The notes: generated by a model from the sequence alone, not told the origin. 63,982 nucleotides of DNA, filler included, from Octopus bimaculoides (GCF_001194135.2; 4 parts of 4 records of this genome joined end to end with filler, not necessarily neighbours in it); one strand, 5' to 3'; positions 23,655-36,746 are shown, numbered from the whole stretch's first letter. Made by a program: numbers and translations.

Positions 23655-24157
23655 AATAGCAGGATAAAATGATGGCAAGATAACCCTTACCTGGCAAATT
23701 TGGGGATAAGGTAAACAGAAAAGCAAGAGACCAAGTAAAATCCCAAGAATGGTTGAGAAGCTCAGGACTCAAAGCGGAGACTCACGGGGTTTTAACTGCA
23801 GCACAATATCGAAGCCTCCTCCATGGAAACTACCAAAAACACATAATGAAGAAAAATAGAATAAGTAACTTCAGAATATGTGGTGATAGGGAAGAAACAA
23901 TAAATCGTATTGTCTCTGGCTATCCAGTCTTGGTTAAGAAGAATTATATCCACAGACATGACAGAGTTGGGACCTATATACACTGTAAATTATGCTAACA
24001 CAATCGAATGCCGACAGATAAATAGATGGTATAGTTACATCCTAGAGAAGGTATCAGAAAATGACGAAGCAACCATTCTCTAGGATACACATTGATAGAG
24101 AAATCAAAGCTAATAAGCCGGATACGGTTGACAGTGAACATCAAGAAAAAATGCCTG
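23655..24157 (+). mobile_element. Dong/R4-like LINE fragment (CCHC-like and REL endonuclease region), decayed
   Basis: LRSSGLKAETHGVLTAAQYRSL...RICGDREETINRIVSGYPVLVKKNYIHRHDRVGTYIH, then DREIKANKPD. Confidence 0.85.
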
Positions 24158-24420
24158 GAAACTATGGTATATGAGGCAAAGGTAACACAAAAAGCCACAG
24201 ATAGGCAACCAAACGTGCAGAAGTATGTGGGAGTGACAGAAGGTGAATTCAGTACCAGATTTTGGAATCATTAGTCCACATTGGATGTCTCGGAGTGATG
24301 AAATTCTACAACCCTGGCCAGGAAAGTGTTATGGGGTACAGCATAAAGTAGAAAGTCTTAAAGATGTACAAGACTTAGTTTAATTGCAGCAGAAAATGTA
24401 GGTTATGTTTAACCGAGAAA
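24158..24420 (+). mobile_element. Penelope-like GIY-YIG fragment
   Basis: CLETMVYEAKVT...KYVGVTEGEFSTRFWNH. Confidence 0.75.
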
Positions 24421-24829
24421 AATAACTCTGAGCACTCAGACATTTACCTAAACTATAGAAGTGATATTTCTTGCCTTTACCCATTTAAAAAATTAGTATA
24501 TTTTATCGTATCTACAGACTCCATCATGACCATATGCAGTAGTTCTTTATCTTTGGCTCTTTCCCCATAATCTCCTAAGAATCCAGTAAAGTTTTTAACC
24601 AAAACATAGACAAACAGATACGCAGACGCGCAAATGTGCCATAACATGGCACATTAAGTACCACATTCTCCTACAAATTCCTACGCATATAATACCCCTA
24701 AATAGATGAATATCAAGCATTAATCCGTATACACATTTTCAGAATACTATCAGAGACATTCGGTGCCAAGAGTCTTAAGTTTTAATATAATACTTCATTT
24801 AGTTATTTTTTCACTCCACCCACAAACCG

Positions 24830-25074
24830 GATGTGTTATTTCACCCGCAATAACAGAGAGCAAACAACATATTTTTCCCGTTCCTGCAAGCTCTGACGAG
24901 CACACGCTAATAATCAATCGCGTTGTTTTCTAACATCTTTTTAATGTCTAGTGAGAAAAGGAAATGGTACGATTGAGGGTAAAGGATATATAATTCTATA
25001 CAGTATGATTCAAATACCCACCTTATAGACAAATATCTTTCCGTATATACTTTCTGATTTATGGGCTTATGGAT

Positions 25075-25125
<51 letters not shown>
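24830..25125 (+). repeat. Block homologous to intron 1 of gene copy 1 (about 3570-3835)
   Basis: Shares gatgtgtt...atatttttcc...ctgacgag...tttctaacatc...ttctgatt and the following (TC)n tract. Confidence 0.75.
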
Positions 25126-25127
<2 letters not shown>

Positions 25128-25135
25128 TCTAGCCA

Positions 25136-25309
25136 CCTACACTTTTCTCTGCAAAATAGGGGTAGTTTATCCTGTTCAGGCTATATTATTAGCATTATTC
25201 TGCGATTGAGAATTTTAAAAATCACTTCTTTAACTTTCTAAAAGACATCTCAACACTTCTAAAAGCAAACTTCGTTTGTTTATTTACGTTTGTCGTAATT
25301 TGAATTTAG
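25136..25309 (+). repeat. Repeat shared with 60776-61116 (minus strand)
   Basis: Blocks acactttt.tctgcaaaat...gtagttta.cctgttcaggctatat and aagcaaacttcgtttgttt...cgtaatttgaattta. Confidence 0.8.
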
Positions 25310-25340
<31 letters not shown>

Positions 25341-25745
25341 GAAAAAAAAACAAAATTATTGAATTCATCCATGAAATACACAATCACATATACAAAAATT
25401 TAATAAGTAAATACACTAAAAAGACCTATAATAAAAATCAGAAAAATACAAAGTAATAAATATTAAAATAATTATAATTAGTGTTCAGCAAATTGGATGA
25501 ATCCAATAACGTGGGTGATTGGGGAAGAATGCGAGTTCTCACTCGCCTGTATAAATTCGGAAGTGCTGTTTTGGGGATATTAGATATTCGATGTCGCTTG
25601 GTCGAATATGTATTTTAACTATTAACATTCTCAAATTTACAATTGAAATACTACACTGAAGACGCAAATAAGTGAGTAAAAATAAAATTTTACATCTCTT
25701 TAATCCAGAAACGCGTATGTAGTTGATCAAAGCCGGATGGATTAC

Positions 25746-25970
25746 TCTTTTACTTGTTTCGGTCATTTGACTGTGGCCATGCTGGAGCACCACCTTTAGT
25801 CGAGCAAATCGACCCCAGGACTTATTCTTTGTAAGCCTAGTATTTATTCTATCGGTCTCTTTTGCCGAACCGCTAAGTTGCGGGGACGTAAACACACCAG
25901 TATCGGTTGTCAAGCGATGTTGGGAGGACAAACACACAAACATACACACACACACATACATATACATATA
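25746..25970 (-). mobile_element. SINE family A, 3' half, running into a gap
   Basis: Reverse complement of the 3' half of 49910-50329. Confidence 0.88.
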
Positions 25971-26015
25971 TNNNNNNNNNNNNNNNNNNNNNNNNNNNNN
26001 NNNNNNNNNNNNNNN

Positions 26016-26027
26016 TTAATTAATTAA
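26016..26027. other. Assembly join spacer TTAATTAATTAA (also at 57377-57388 and 62836-62847)
   Basis: The same 12-mer sits isolated between N runs three times. Confidence 0.9.
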
Positions 26028-26071
26028 NNNNNNNNNNNNNNNNNNNNNNNNNNNNNNNNNNNNNNNNNNNN

Positions 26072-26118
<47 letters not shown>

Positions 26119-26119
<1 letters not shown>

Positions 26120-27300
26120 TAGCTGTTGACCCGGTGTTGCTCGTGTTTTCCGTTTTGAAGTTAAGCCCACCTCTGACCTTGTATTGAAATCTACATTCCC
26201 CATGCCGATTATTATCCATTAAGATGTTACATCTGGTTCGACAGGGACTTTACCTGGTTAATGCTTTCGACATATTCTTACATACTGGACCGTTTGAAAT
26301 CGCAGTCAAACTTTTGGGTCTGCCTCGACCCATTGAGAATTATGCTTGTTTATTTCTCTCCCCTTAATGCCGCTCTTTGTACAAAATTGATCAGCGTGTC
26401 CAATCTCAGCAAAATCTGAAGAAAAGTCTTAAGGTTATGTCATAAAATAGAATCCATGTGACCATTTACATGAAAATATCCCATTGACTTTTAAATCCCA
26501 AACATTATACGAATAATCAATGTTTCATGTGTCGAAAAGCTTAATTTTACTCATGTTTCAATTTTCTTCAAAATCAGCTCATTATTTTATTGAGAGTGAA
26601 TTTTGACGATTTCTGCTTTGAATTTTGATTCTACTGCTTGACTCCAATCATAAACTTTACCTAAATGTAAAATTTCATCAAACTCGGAGGAATTCTGTAA
26701 AGTTACATCATAAAATAATGATCCTATGGGTAATTGCACACAAACAGCCTATTGATTTCTTAAAATTCCCCGCTCACGATCAATTATCGATTTTTGTCAA
26801 CTCTTTACATAATATATCTATTGTGTCAATAAGCTTTACGTCAGTCAGTTTTCTTGGGAGTACAACATTATTGTATCGTTCGTGTTCAGTTTACTCAAGA
26901 TTAAGCGAGTTTTCATCTCGTCTTCCCGATCTTTACATCCTTTCTCGAAGGTTTGCTCATATTTTCTGAGTACGCTTCAAAAGTAACTCTTTCGTTAGGT
27001 TCGTATTTAAACACTGTTATGGAGTTCGCGACATACTCTGGCGAGAACACCTTTTCTCTTTGTTTCTAAAGACTTCATTAACTGCAACATTTATTGCTGT
27101 AATATTAATTGTTGTTGTTCTTTCATTTTTTGTTGTTGGAGTTATTGCTGTTTTGCTGTTATTCTTGCAGTTACGTCTGCTGTTGTTGTTGTTGTTCCTT
27201 CAGCTTTTGTTGCAGCTGTTTTTACAAGTCGAGTAAACCGGTCAATAAATCTTCCATTATTGTGAGTTTGTTAACTCATCTACGAGTTTCTATTAACTCC
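26119..27300 (-). mobile_element. Decayed Helitron: 3' terminus plus Pif1-helicase remnant
   Basis: Minus strand ends ...ccgggtcaacagCTAG|T after an imperfect hairpin, next to (TA)n. It gives FKR.QY.VRIC...SIN..Q(G)KSL and HG-like motif remnants. The 5' boundary is uncertain. Confidence 0.6.
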
Positions 27301-27406
27301 ACATGAATTGGTTTATCTTCGTCGCCACTATTATATTCTGCCCTTGTAGAAAGATAGTCGCTCTGACACAATATTGTTATATTCCGAAGTCGTCGATAAG
27401 ATGTTT

Positions 27407-27449
27407 CTATCTATCACTGTACGACCCCTAGTCGTACAGTGATAGATAG
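27407..27449. repeat. Perfect 19-bp hairpin with 5-nt loop
   Basis: ctatctatcactgtacgac-cccta-gtcgtacagtgatagatag. Confidence 0.97.
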
Positions 27450-27652
27450 TGTTATTATCCTCAAAGGTTGGATCGTTATAACGTCCACTCAGTATCGTAG
27501 TACAATTACTAGATCAGCACAGACACGACAAAAAATACAGTCTATACGTATTCTACGTATTCCCAGATAGTGGCCGACGTCACCCTACTAATAATGGCCG
27601 CTCATTCCACTCATCACGTGGGAGGGGTGTACTAATTCCCTACAACATTGTT

Positions 27653-29915
27653 CTGTCAGTATATATGTAAACAGTCCTATGATTTTCCTACAGCATTAGA
27701 ACATTTTAGCTCTTATTTTAAACAATATAGGTGTATGTAATACCCTAGTCATATTTAGTTTTCCATTTTGCTAAAACTTTTCACACTGCAGTCTATGTTA
27801 ATGTTCTGGAAACACATTAGCGATTTGCTAAATCATCCATAGCTTCTTATGGTGAAAACATATATACTGACAGAAAATTCAGTCCGGATTCAACGGAAGC
27901 CAAGCGGTCCTTGCAGATGTGGGAACGAAAATTGTAATAAACAGACCGGAAACTTAGTGTGGAAATTTAGCTATTTCCCACTGAATATCGTACTAAGTTC
28001 TCCGTAACACTTAACAATCGATGTAGAAAAGAAACAATTATATTATTTCGGACATTTGCAATTTCAGTGTATCTAACGTTTGAATATCAAAGGTTAAATT
28101 AATGTATTTGAAGGTAAAATTATTCTGGGGTAACTAATAAAATAATGATAATGCCAGGTTTTGTTAGTTTACAATAACCAACGATTTCTTTTTTTCTGTA
28201 AATCAGAAAATGTCATTTAGGGAATTCTCGATCGGTGTTTTCGGGTGATTATAGTCCCTGTCACTATATATGTATCCAATTATGTTTTTTGACTACATCA
28301 TTAGAACATTTTAGCTCTTGTTTCTAGCAATGTAGGTGTTTCTAATACCCTAGTCATGTTTAGTGACAATTACATTTTTCCTATTTCGTGTATGTATGCA
28401 CATAAGTATGCATGTTTAATAGCATGAGGTTACACTGCATATATTTCTATGGAACTGTTAGTCACATCGAATACTAACACGTCGGTTACCTTCACTAAAA
28501 TAAACTTACGAAATATGCACAGATGATAAGTGTACTTCTAAAATATTATAGTGAAAATCTGTAATTTTATAGTTTCATTTTATTATAAACAAATACATTA
28601 TGTGATCAATGCATTTATAGTAGCCCTTCATGTCATGTTGGCTTCATTAATATATCCATAATTAGATATTATCATGTGATTTTCTAATTAACCAAGCACG
28701 ACTGCATAAACTGAGCGAAGTGCTAAAAGTTTATTTAAATCATATACTGTAGCCAACATGAATTTTGTTTTTCTACAATCATATAATATATGACGAAATG
28801 ACGTTAAATACGATTTTTCAATATCGTATTTTAAATATTACTCTGTTAAACTTGATCCAATGATTCTTAATATATTCTAATCAGTAAATGATACAATTTC
28901 GTTGTGTAATTCATCCTGAAAACGTTTTCACTTATAGCTATAACTATATTATCTGTATTTTAATGTATATAATTGTGTATTTTAAAATGAAACAGCGTAA
29001 AATATATGCGTAGAATGTAGGCGTGTTTACTTCACTCTCTACGAACGAAGAAAATCAAATGTAAACAGGAATCTCGTTTCATAACTTAATTGAATATTCA
29101 GATGACTTACGTAGCATTAACACTTCACAGAATCTTTATGATAAAATAACACGATGTGACATTTATAATCAATATAATCAAATTTTAACTTCAGTTGAAA
29201 AAAAGTTAAACTGTTTGGAATTGAGTCGTATAAAAACTGCTTTCTTCATTTATCTGAAAATCCAAAGTGCTTTACTGGCTTTATATCGCTTCGATTATCG
29301 ACTAGCAAAAGCAAGTGAAGCTCATACAATTTCAGAAAATTTAATGAATCTTTATGAGGGAGTATATATTAAATGAAATAAATATTTCAGAAAATATATT
29401 ACAGTTCAAATTTCTCAGGAAATGGCTGCAATGAGTAATATTTTAAGTGGAAACGATTTAAACATACTCTTTGAATGTCTTATATCTGTCTTATATCAAA
29501 TGCAAGACATTTTTTTTTTCATTTTCTTAACTGGAAGTATGGGAAGACATCACGCGGCTTTATTGCCATGAAGAGCGCTGTTTTTCGTTCGAAAACTTTT
29601 GACGTAGTTTTTCGAACTTGGTTTGGAAATTTAGCTATTTCCCACTGAATAACGTACTAAGCTTTCCGTTACACTTAATAAACGATGCAGAAGAGAAACA
29701 ATTATATTATTTCTGACATATGCAATTTCAATGTATATAACGCTTGAATACCAAAGGTTAAATTTATGTATTTGAGGGTAAAATTATTCTGGGGTAACTA
29801 ATAAAATAATTATAAAGCCCGGTGTTTTGTTAGTTTACAATAATCAGCGATTTCTTTTATTTCTGTAAATCAGAAAATGTCATATTCAGCGTTGAAGCAT
29901 TTAGCTCATATTTCT
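27653..29915 (+). repeat. Interleaved diverged direct repeats: A (27653-27759, 28258-28364) and B (27961-28216, 29625-29883)
   Basis: A is ctgtca.tatatatgta...cattagaacattttagctctt...aataccctagtcat. B is ggaaatttagctatttcccactgaata...aaatcagaaaatgtcat. Confidence 0.9.
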
Positions 29916-32900
29916 ATCAAAGATACTATTTTCAAGTTGAAATTAAAAGTGCTTTGATGCTCTCGTTATGCATAAACAAGCTTTGTGGTAAGAAAGTCAA
30001 ATACAAATAGATATTGCATAAGATTTTGGCACGAATTAAATTTCCAATATATACGATGAAAAAAAAAAAGAAAGAAATAGAACTGTACTGGATGCAAAAG
30101 CTAACTTGCGGTTGCAATGTCACCCAAAATCGAAATATGATCAGAAGTATGTACGTAAATAATATTAAATTTTAACGTCTTACTCTACAAAGGTAGATTT
30201 TTCTTTGCGCTCAGTATAAATAAAAATATATCTGAATTATATTAAATAAAGATTATTTTAATGCATGTTTCAATAAGTGTTTCGTGTTTCAAGGTTATAT
30301 GCCGTACTTTGAAGGGCTTTAAGTGTTCGCGAAGTAAAACCTACCTTATTGAATATATTTGTGTAAGGAAAGAGACCATGAGCATTAGTTAATCTTCACA
30401 CCGGTTCAAATGATTACAGTATCAATTTCAATAACAATATGCATACATCAGTATTTGTTAAACAAGGCAAACGATTACTTTTATTTAATTATTGGTGCAA
30501 GCACTGCCGTGTCGCTACAAGAGCATCCGTATATTTGATGTCACTCGCAAGATAGATACTTTCCATCCAATTGTACGAAAATAATTAGCGCAGGATGCAA
30601 AATACGTAATTAAATCATAGCATGACAAAACAGGATTATTTGAGATCTCTTTATTGGATTTGACATTTGTACATATTAAAATAAGAAAAGAATAAACCGT
30701 AAAAACTCAAATAACGTCAGAGGTTTATTAACAACAATTCAATTATTGGGGCGCCAAAAAGAATAGAGAGCGCGCTGCAGAAAATATATTGCAATAATTG
30801 CTCCAGCTCTGGCTCCCGCAAGGTTTTGGCCTTTAGGCAAAATTAAATGTCTTTATCAACATTATTATTTTGGTTTGGTGCGTTGACAGAATATTTACAA
30901 TGCTGCTCAAAATTCCAAATAGTATTTACTCGAGTTTACTAAGCTCTGGATTCACATATCACCGCGGTTAATTTTGACTCAATCAAATGATCATAAAAAT
31001 AAAGTACAAATCAAGTACTCGGGTAGGTTCGGGCGTATCGGCTAATCCTTCGCTTCAAAAGTACAATATTTTGAAATAGCTACTATGAAACAATTATCAT
31101 GAGTATTTGAAGCTTCCAAAGTACGCAAAACGTCATCATCTGAAAGAGAAACATGTTCACACGACTTCAACAATCGTTGTATATATACCTGTATGCATCT
31201 GTACATAAACATACGTATATACGCACACATATATATATGTATGTATGAATGTGTGTGTGTGTGTTTGTGTGCGTGTGTGTTTGTGTGTGTGTGTGTGTGT
31301 TTGTGTGTCTGTGTGTATGCGTAAATGACGAACGATGACAATAAATGCTAAAAGCCACATTGGTGGAAAGAATTTATATATTTGTGTACTAACGCTACCA
31401 TTGGTTTCATATGAAGAAACATATCTTAATATCTTAACAATTTCTCAAGTCGATCACATGGAGGAATTGTGTCCATCTCCATTTTGGATAAAAAGACAGT
31501 CTCATCATATATATNNNNNNNNNNNNNNNNNNNNNNNNNNNNNNNNNNNNNNNNNNNNNNNNNNNNNNNNNNNNNNNNNNNNNNNNNNNNNNNNNNNNNN
31601 NNNNNNNNNNNNNNNNNNNNNNNNNNNNNNNNNNNNNNNNNNNNNNNNNNNNNNNNNNNNNNNNNNNNNNNNNNNNNNNNNNNNNNNNNNNNNNNNNNNN
31701 NNNNNNNNNNNNNNNNNNNNNNNNNNNNNNNNNNNNNNNNNNNNNNNNNNNNNNNNNNNNNNNNNNNNNNNNNNNNNNNNNNNNNNNNNNNNNNNNNNNN
31801 NNNNNNNNNNNNNNNNNNNNNNNNNNNNNNNNNNNNNNNNNNNNNNNNNNNNNNNNNNNNNNNNNNNNNNNNNNNNNNNNNNNNNNNNNNNNNNNNNNNN
31901 NNNNNNNNNNNNNNNNNNNNNNNNNNNNNNNNNNNNNNNNNNNNNNNNNNNNNNNTATATATATATATATATATATATATTAGGTTGAGGAGGGTATTGG
32001 ATTTAACCAAACACACATATATATATATATGTATGTATGTATGTGTTTATGTGTGTGTTCGTAAACATGTATGTCCACGCGCGCGTTTATGTGTGTTTGT
32101 ATGTATATAATTATATAACATACATATTAGGTTAAAAAAATAATAATTAAGCTGAAATGAAATAACAACTCAAGATAAAAATTTTAGAAATTAAAATTGA
32201 TTACCTACATAGACAAAAGACCAAAGATTTTCAAAGTGGTGGGCATAGTTGATTAAATTGACGCCATTATATGACTTGAAATTAGTTTATTGACTGCAGT
32301 GATTAAAGTCACTCCAATAGAATTTAAATTCAGAATTCAAATCAACGAAAACAAAAGAAAATCAGAGGCATGGTTTAGACGTGTGTGTGTTGGTGTTCAT
32401 GCCACTCTTTTCCCTACATCCTTTTGGTGTAATGATTATGATGTAAAGCTCATCATTGTGCCGTTGATTATCGATCTGCAGCGAGAAATGGAGATAAAGC
32501 AGTGCAGTAAAGTGTTGGATAGTAACTAAAGCGTTCATCTCTACGTCGAATTGTTGAAATCAACTTCTGTTGTAATGAACACTAATAATTAGATGGTTAT
32601 CGGATTAACTATGACATAAGATATTTTAGCAGATGAAGAATTTTAGAATGATAGCATTAGAACTGCTAAGTTGACAAGACGGAGACGCCAGTGGCTCATA
32701 GTGAACTTAATACCGTTGACACGAGGCAAGTGATTTACATGAATTCAAATTTCGTGATTAGGCTTAAAACAAAGACATTAAATAGAAATGTATTATCTAA
32801 ATCGCTTGAAATATTTGATACCCTTCATATCGAACGTTAAATTATTAGATATCAATAGTTATCTATATATTAATAATGGGCTCTCCTATTGATTATTACA

Positions 32901-33287
32901 CATGGAAGTTAAGTAGTCCGTCGTATTGGTCAGACAAGTTCCTGAATAAGCTGGCAAAGACTCTAACTATTTCACAGAGACATCATGCAGAATCAGAGCG
33001 ATAGAATGTGACTCTCAATCTTTGAATTGAAGTTACTGAACATCGGTTAGGTTAACGTGATTTATCTGTCTACAGAAATCAACTGATGGTCGTAGATACT
33101 CAGGGTATGGAAATGGACTTACCCAGGATAGCACATCGGCAAAGCATATTAGAGATCTCGTTGATGTAAACGGAATTTTGTAACTATTCATCTATATCTG
33201 CGACTAGGTGTTGTTTAATGATTGTAGACTTTCATGCACATGTAATATAATAACCCCACCACATATCTTTTAATATATATACAATCG

Positions 33288-33473
33288 CTAGTACACCGGG
33301 CAAAATTCTAAGCGGTATTTCGTCTGTCTACAAGTTGTGGGTTCAAATTCCGTCGTAGTTGACTCATCCATTCGGGGATCGATAAATTAAGTACCCGTTG
33401 AACAACTGTTGTCAAGGTAATCGACTAGTACCCTCCCACAAACTTGCTGGTCTTGTACCAAAATTGGGAAACC
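33288..33473 (+). mobile_element. Degenerate SINE family C
   Basis: aagcggtatttcgtctgtc...ggttcaaattcc...ttcggggatcgataaattaagtacc aligns to 16323-16552. Confidence 0.75.
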
Positions 33474-34129
33474 AGGGGGCGTAGGTGTGTATTATTGTAT
33501 ATGTCACTTTTAAAAGATTGTTATTGTTGCTTTATGTTGTTGTCATTCATTTTTGTATATCTAAGAGACTTAGATGTTGAACCCTCCGGATATTTCAGCT
33601 AGTGAATAGTCAACAAGTTAAAAAATGTCCCTTACTGCTTTCTTTCCTTCTCTTTACATAGACAAGTCTTTCCTTAGAATGTTTACTATACAAAGTGCTG
33701 TCTCTTGCATGACCATTGACTTTGCATCAATTCCGTTTGCAAAGTTAAGGGAGGAATAGGAGGGGAGGCAACAACAAAAGTAGTGGTATTAGTAACATAT
33801 TTTCACAGTTGTCATTGTCATTAATTTCTGTGTTATATTACAGACAATATCTTATTAAGCAACTTAAAGTATACAGTTTAAGTTCAACAACAATCTTCAG
33901 AAATAAACTAAACTACGTAAGTCATACATCACATTTAATCTCTACAATATTTAATTTTAGGTCAAATTGAAAACTGACATAAGATTTTTTTTTTTTTTAG
34001 AGTAATGAAAACAAAATCTGCTAAAAATACTAATCGAAATGAAGAAGCAATTAAGTGACATATTAATCTCAATAATATCCTCCATAAACTCTGCAGACAT
34101 TATTCTAGTCATTGTAATTTGCTTAGCAT

Positions 34130-34189
34130 CATCCTCAACATCATCATCATCTATTATTGTTATATCATTACCATTATTATTATTATTAC

Positions 34190-34223
<34 letters not shown>

Positions 34224-34246
34224 ATTATTATTATTATTATTATAAC

Positions 34247-34282
<36 letters not shown>

Positions 34283-34283
34283 A

Positions 34284-34342
<59 letters not shown>
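34130..34342. repeat. Compound (ATC)/(ATT)/(ATG)n microsatellite
   Basis: Direct reading. Confidence 0.95.
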
Positions 34343-34343
<1 letters not shown>

Positions 34344-35186
34344 TTTAAAACAATATGATTAATTTCAATTTATTTCCAGTAATGTATTGGAAGCAATACT
34401 TGCTGAAAACGTCGACATATATATANNNNNNNNNNNNNNNNNNNNNNNNNNNNNNNNNNNNNNNNNNNNNNNNNNNNNNNNNNNNNNNNNNNNNNNNNNN
34501 NNNNNNNNNNNNNNNNNNNNNNNNNNNNNNNNNNNNNNNNNNNNNNNNNNNNNNNNNNNNNNNNNNNNNNNNNNNNNNNNNNNNNNNNNNNNNNNNNNNN
34601 NNNNNNNNNNNNNNNNNNNNNNNNNNNNNNNNNNNNNNNNNNNNNNNNNNNNNNNNNNNNNNNNNNNNNNNNNNNNNATATATATATATATATATATATA
34701 CATTTATATAAAAATATGTGTGACAGGGAGAGCGAGAGAGAGGAGAGCATATTCATGTATGTAGCTGTGCATATATACCACCATGTAGTACATACAAAAT
34801 GAAAGTAGATCTTTGCTGCAAATATATTTGTAAATTTTAATTGCAAGATTCGAAATTATTTATCCATTCTTAATTAAATTTGCATAACTATAGACATTGT
34901 TTTACTTCAGATTCTCTTTCTTTCGATTTTTCACAAAAGCTATTTGAAATTAAACACAATTAAGACATAGGTTTAAGGTACTGGTGTGCTTTTTATGCTT
35001 TATACCATGACAGATTGACTTAGCTGTTACGTTTCCGATATAATTAAGTCTTGAATCAATGTATAAATAAACTTCATTAAATCACATACGCAACAAATAT
35101 AGACACTGATTATGATGATTTCCATACCCACATACACTCACACGCACACATACAATCACACACACACACAGATATATAAATATGTA

Positions 35187-35226
<40 letters not shown>

Positions 35227-35529
35227 CACAAGATATATATATATATTTATATACATGCATACTTATATACATACAATACATATATACACAATACATATAA
35301 TATATATTTGTATATACAAATATCTATAAATATATACATACACGTATATATGTATATATATGCAAATATATATACACAAGTATAAATATATTTAAATATG
35401 TCTGTTTTTGTGTATGTGTATGTGAGTGTGTAAGTGTACATGTGTGTGCATGTGTGTGTGTGCGCGCGTGTGTGTGCGTGTGTGTGGGTGTCTTCTGAGT
35501 GTTTGAGATGACGAATTATCATTAATAAT

Positions 35530-36170
35530 CGCTAATACATTTGAACGCTTATAGAAACACAATCTATTGCAGTGCATCGTCCTTGCCCGAGATGAAGCAA
35601 TCGGCAGAGTGGGGACAGTACAGTGACGTGCTGTTCGTGGTCTTGTATAGCTCTTTATTCCAAAGTTTGGTACCAGTCCTTCCAATATCTTCCATATATA
35701 TATATATATATCACTGCATACCTCTCTCCCCTTCGTTCCAAGGAATAGAATCGTAGCACTTTCAATCTGTGCCAGTAGCTCAGTCGTTCCATTCATGCAA
35801 TTTTTTTTGTGTAATGTCGTTGAACTGCTTCAAGCTCTGCTATCGTCCTCGTAGTATAAAGTGACCATAGCTGAGAGCAGTAGTTCATACCTCTCTCGCC
35901 TTCGTTCCAAGGAATAGAATCGTAGCACTTTCAATCTCTGCCAGTAGCTCAGTCGTTCCATTCATGCAATTTTCTGTGTGTAATGTCGTTGAACTGCTTC
36001 AAGCTCTGCTATCGTCCTCGTAGTATAAAGTGACCATAGCTGAGAGCAGTAGTTCAGTCGGTTGAGGATGAATGATTTCCATAGTGTCATCATAGTTTCT
36101 TGGTCCCTTGTCCGGAAGGCTCTCAGAATCCAAACGGTCAGTCTTCTGGATACTGCTACCATTTTGTTGG
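35530..36170 (-). mobile_element. CR1-like LINE 3' fragment with an internal 169-bp tandem duplication
   Basis: WILRAFRTRDQETMMTLWKSFILNRLNYCSQLWS...LEAVQRHYTQKI and IYIWKILEGLVPNFGI. Duplicated units are 35717-35885 and 35886-36056. Confidence 0.88.
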
Positions 36171-36691
36171 TATGTGTGAATGGAGGGAGTGGAACATGTA
36201 AACAGGTAAAATGTGGGCTACATGTGTTTCTTAGTTGATCCTCTTATGTAATGTACACCCAACGAAAAGTGTTCAACTCAGCTAATTATCAGGCCGAGAT
36301 TACCTTACTTAAAGGAAGGTTACATTGTTCCATATGAATTGAATAGTCAAGTCATAAGTATAGGATAACAAATAAGCAAACATTCGTAAAACGATATAAC
36401 GTCAAGAAGTATTCAAAGGTAAAGACAGTTAAATATGTAGGAGTGGGAGTCCTACAGAGTTGATAGGAATGAAATCTAAGGGAATGGAGGGAGGAAGGAG
36501 AGGATAGTTGGTGTCGTTAGGAGGTAAAACATAGTGGCCATAAAGCTTCAGCTCGGACGGGTGAAGATAAAGACTTGACGACGCCGATGCTGATGATGTT
36601 TTCGTCTACATCGGAGTAGCAACGCACATATAAGCACACATACTTCGCACTCATAGTATCTATATACTGTACATACTACATACGCACGCGG

Positions 36692-36746
<55 letters not shown>

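Noticed and set aside
26016-26027. TTAATTAATTAA repeated three times, like a regulatory or CRISPR-type motif
   Set aside because: It is always isolated between N runs, so it is an assembly spacer.
31042-31139. Minus-strand acceptor (tttctctttcag|) followed by DDDVLRTLEASNTHDNCFIVAISKYCTFEAKD*
   Set aside because: No partner exons or recognisable homology, and such sites arise by chance in AT-rich DNA.
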